A stretch of 29,262 bases of DNA from Gemmatimonadota bacterium (lineage in GTDB: Bacteria > Gemmatimonadota > Gemmatimonadetes > Longimicrobiales > Gaopeijiaceae): contig JBDHHQ010000055.1 of NCBI GenBank assembly GCA_039589315.1, forward strand, positions 1-29,262, read 5' to 3'. Positions 27,735 through 29,262 of the stretch are shown here, piece by piece. The translations under genes and the position numbers were made by a program. Numbering within the stretch: position 1 is the first letter of the stretch; each line of letters starts with the position of its first letter. The notes beneath the pieces were generated by a model. It saw only the letters and a list, made by a program, of their open reading frames with translations. It was not told the DNA's origin and did not search any database.

Positions 27735-28415
27735 TTAGCGAGCCAAGAGGAGTCGAAGACGGTCGCCCACCTTCTGGGCATGATCCGCCAGGTCGCCCAG
27801 CATCTCGACGAGGCGCTCCCAGTAGACGACGTCGAGAGGCCCCAATTCCTCTTCCCTGGCAAAGATATCTCCGACCAGGAGCATCCCGAGCTCATCCCCG
27901 TTCTGCTCGATCTGGGCGAGATCGTCGACCATCTCGATCACCCGGCCCACGTCCCGGCCGCGGAAGCTCGACTCGAGCAGCTCATCGAGCATGTTGACGA
28001 TCTCGCTGCATTTGCGGACGGCATCAACGTTGAGCTGAACGAAGGCACTGAGATTGTCGGTCATGAAGGGCGGGATCTGCATCCCGCGCAAAACCAGCAG
28101 CCCAACGATGTCCTGAGCCGTATCCGCGATGGAGTCCTGGGAGTGCAGCTGATCGAGGAGGTCACGGCGGTCGACTGGGAGAAAGAGCGTCTTGGGAAGG
28201 TGCGCGCGAATATCGTTCTTGATGTGATCGGCCTGCCCCTCCAGAGCGAAGATCGTCTCCTTCAGCTCGGCGATCTTGTCTCGATCCCCCACCGTCAACG
28301 CTTCGAACAGCGGCACCATCTCCTCCACGCACTCCGCAACCACGGCCATGTGCTGCTGCAGGCGTCGGAACGGGGATCGGCCGAACAGGCCGGCGATGGG
28401 ACTCGTGGTCCTCAT
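27735..28415 (-). CDS. DUF47 / TIGR00153 PhoU-like phosphate transport regulator
   Basis: LFGRSPF, LEGQADHIKNDIRAHLPKTLFLPVDRRDLL, QDSIADTAQDI, ADHAQKVGDRL. GGAG RBS, directly upstream of pit. Confidence 0.95.
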   Translation of the reverse strand: MRTTSPIAGLFGRSPFRRLQQHMAVVAECVEEMVPLFEALTVGDRDKIAELKETIFALEGQADHIKNDIRAHLPKTLFLPVDRRDLLDQLHSQDSIADTAQDIVGLLVLRGMQIPPFMTDNLSAFVQLNVDAVRKCSEIVNMLDELLESSFRGRDVGRVIEMVDDLAQIEQNGDELGMLLVGDIFAREEELGPLDVVYWERLVEMLGDLADHAQKVGDRLRLLLAR

Positions 28416-28625
28416 GGACTCTCCTCCGTTGGGGTCGGTCGTTGGCGCGACCGACGTTTGGGCCGCTGATCCAGCAAGACCGCCGGCGTGTCACCGAGGC
28501 CCACACCGATCGACAGCGGCTTGCTTTCGGCTCACAAATAGTCCCCTTCCGCAACAAATGCCACCGGGGAAATGCTGATCGGCCTGTAGGACACTCTCCG
28601 CGATCCGAGACGGGATTGCCCCACT

Positions 28626-29262
28626 CTAGCCGGGATCTCGGGGTTCCAGGCGGCACCTTCCATTACCACGATCACCCGTTTGCGTCAGACCGAGACTGTC
28701 TTCATGGGTGTCCCGCCGCGCAAGCGGACTGACGGAGGTATCGGAGAGGGGCACGCCCGCCTCCTGGGCCTGCTGCGCTGCCAGAACCGCCTGCTCCCGG
28801 TTTCCGAGCATGGCATGGAAATACGCGACGGCAGCCGGATAGTATGGATCCTCCGGGTTGATCTCGATCGCTCGTTCGTACGCGTCGATCGCGTCCTCAT
28901 AGCGGCCCTGACCGTCCAGCGCGATGCCGACGTAGTAGTGGCCGTCGGCCTCTTTTGGATCGAGTTCCAGAAGTCGTTCCGCCTCCAGGATGGCCTCCTC
29001 GTGCAACCCCGCCCAGGTCAGACGCGCGACGAGGGACCTGCGGATCTCCACGGCGAGCGGATCGATCTCCACGGCCCGTCGGGCCGTTGCCACCGACCCC
29101 TCCATATCGGCCTCGCCGAGAAGAACGGAACTGTAAAGGGACAGGGCGCGCGCGTTGCCGGGACTCAACTCGAGGGCCCGCTCCACCGCGCGCGCGTTGC
29201 GCCAGGTGAAGAGTTGGGGACCGGGTGCCGGCGGCGTGGAGGGGTCCACGGCGTCGCGTGAG
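28626..29262 (-). pseudogene. TPR-repeat protein, 3' part (open to the right edge), apparently internally deleted and C-terminally truncated
   Basis: TPRs RALELSPGNARA, RAVEIDPL, LLELDPKEADGHYYVG, YERAIEINPED. The sequence stops looking like the family after AGVPL. TPR content is secure; pseudogene status is inferred. Confidence 0.6.

Noticed and set aside
28416..28625. Pho box upstream of DUF47-pit
   Set aside because: No CTGTCAT-like 11 bp direct repeats were found by eye.
1..29262. CRISPR array, IS/transposase, integrase, prophage or rRNA
   Set aside because: No regularly spaced repeats, terminal inverted repeats or corresponding protein motifs were seen.

Overview
High-GC bacterial DNA, most likely Gemmatimonadota. 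This is inferred from the PadR + ADOP-type permease pair and TPR-protein motifs, not from a marker gene. No rRNA, tRNA, CRISPR array or mobile element was seen. Left to right: a partial SAM methyltransferase; a divergent TetR / ABC-2 exporter unit with two operator palindromes; tex-pheA; a D-amino-acid dehydrogenase-like gene; a broken GH20 hexosaminidase; an NrfJ-like tandem-domain lipoprotein; a ~10.5 kb convergent glycosylation cluster (2 methyltransferases, 4 GT4, a flippase, a TMTC-like GT-C/TPR protein and a Dol-P-Man-synthase-like GT2); PadR-ADOP; an apparently shortened cytochrome c; a DUF47 - PiT - (P-loop kinase / FHA-like / metallophosphoesterase) operon; and a damaged TPR gene at the right edge. 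The best candidates for undescribed biology are (1) the kinase-phosphatase fusion behind the phosphate transporter and its DUF47 regulator, and (2) a possible TMTC-type bacterial protein glycosylation pathway. Several accessory genes also carry apparent deletion scars while housekeeping genes look intact. Family assignments rest on motif recognition by eye; no searches were run.
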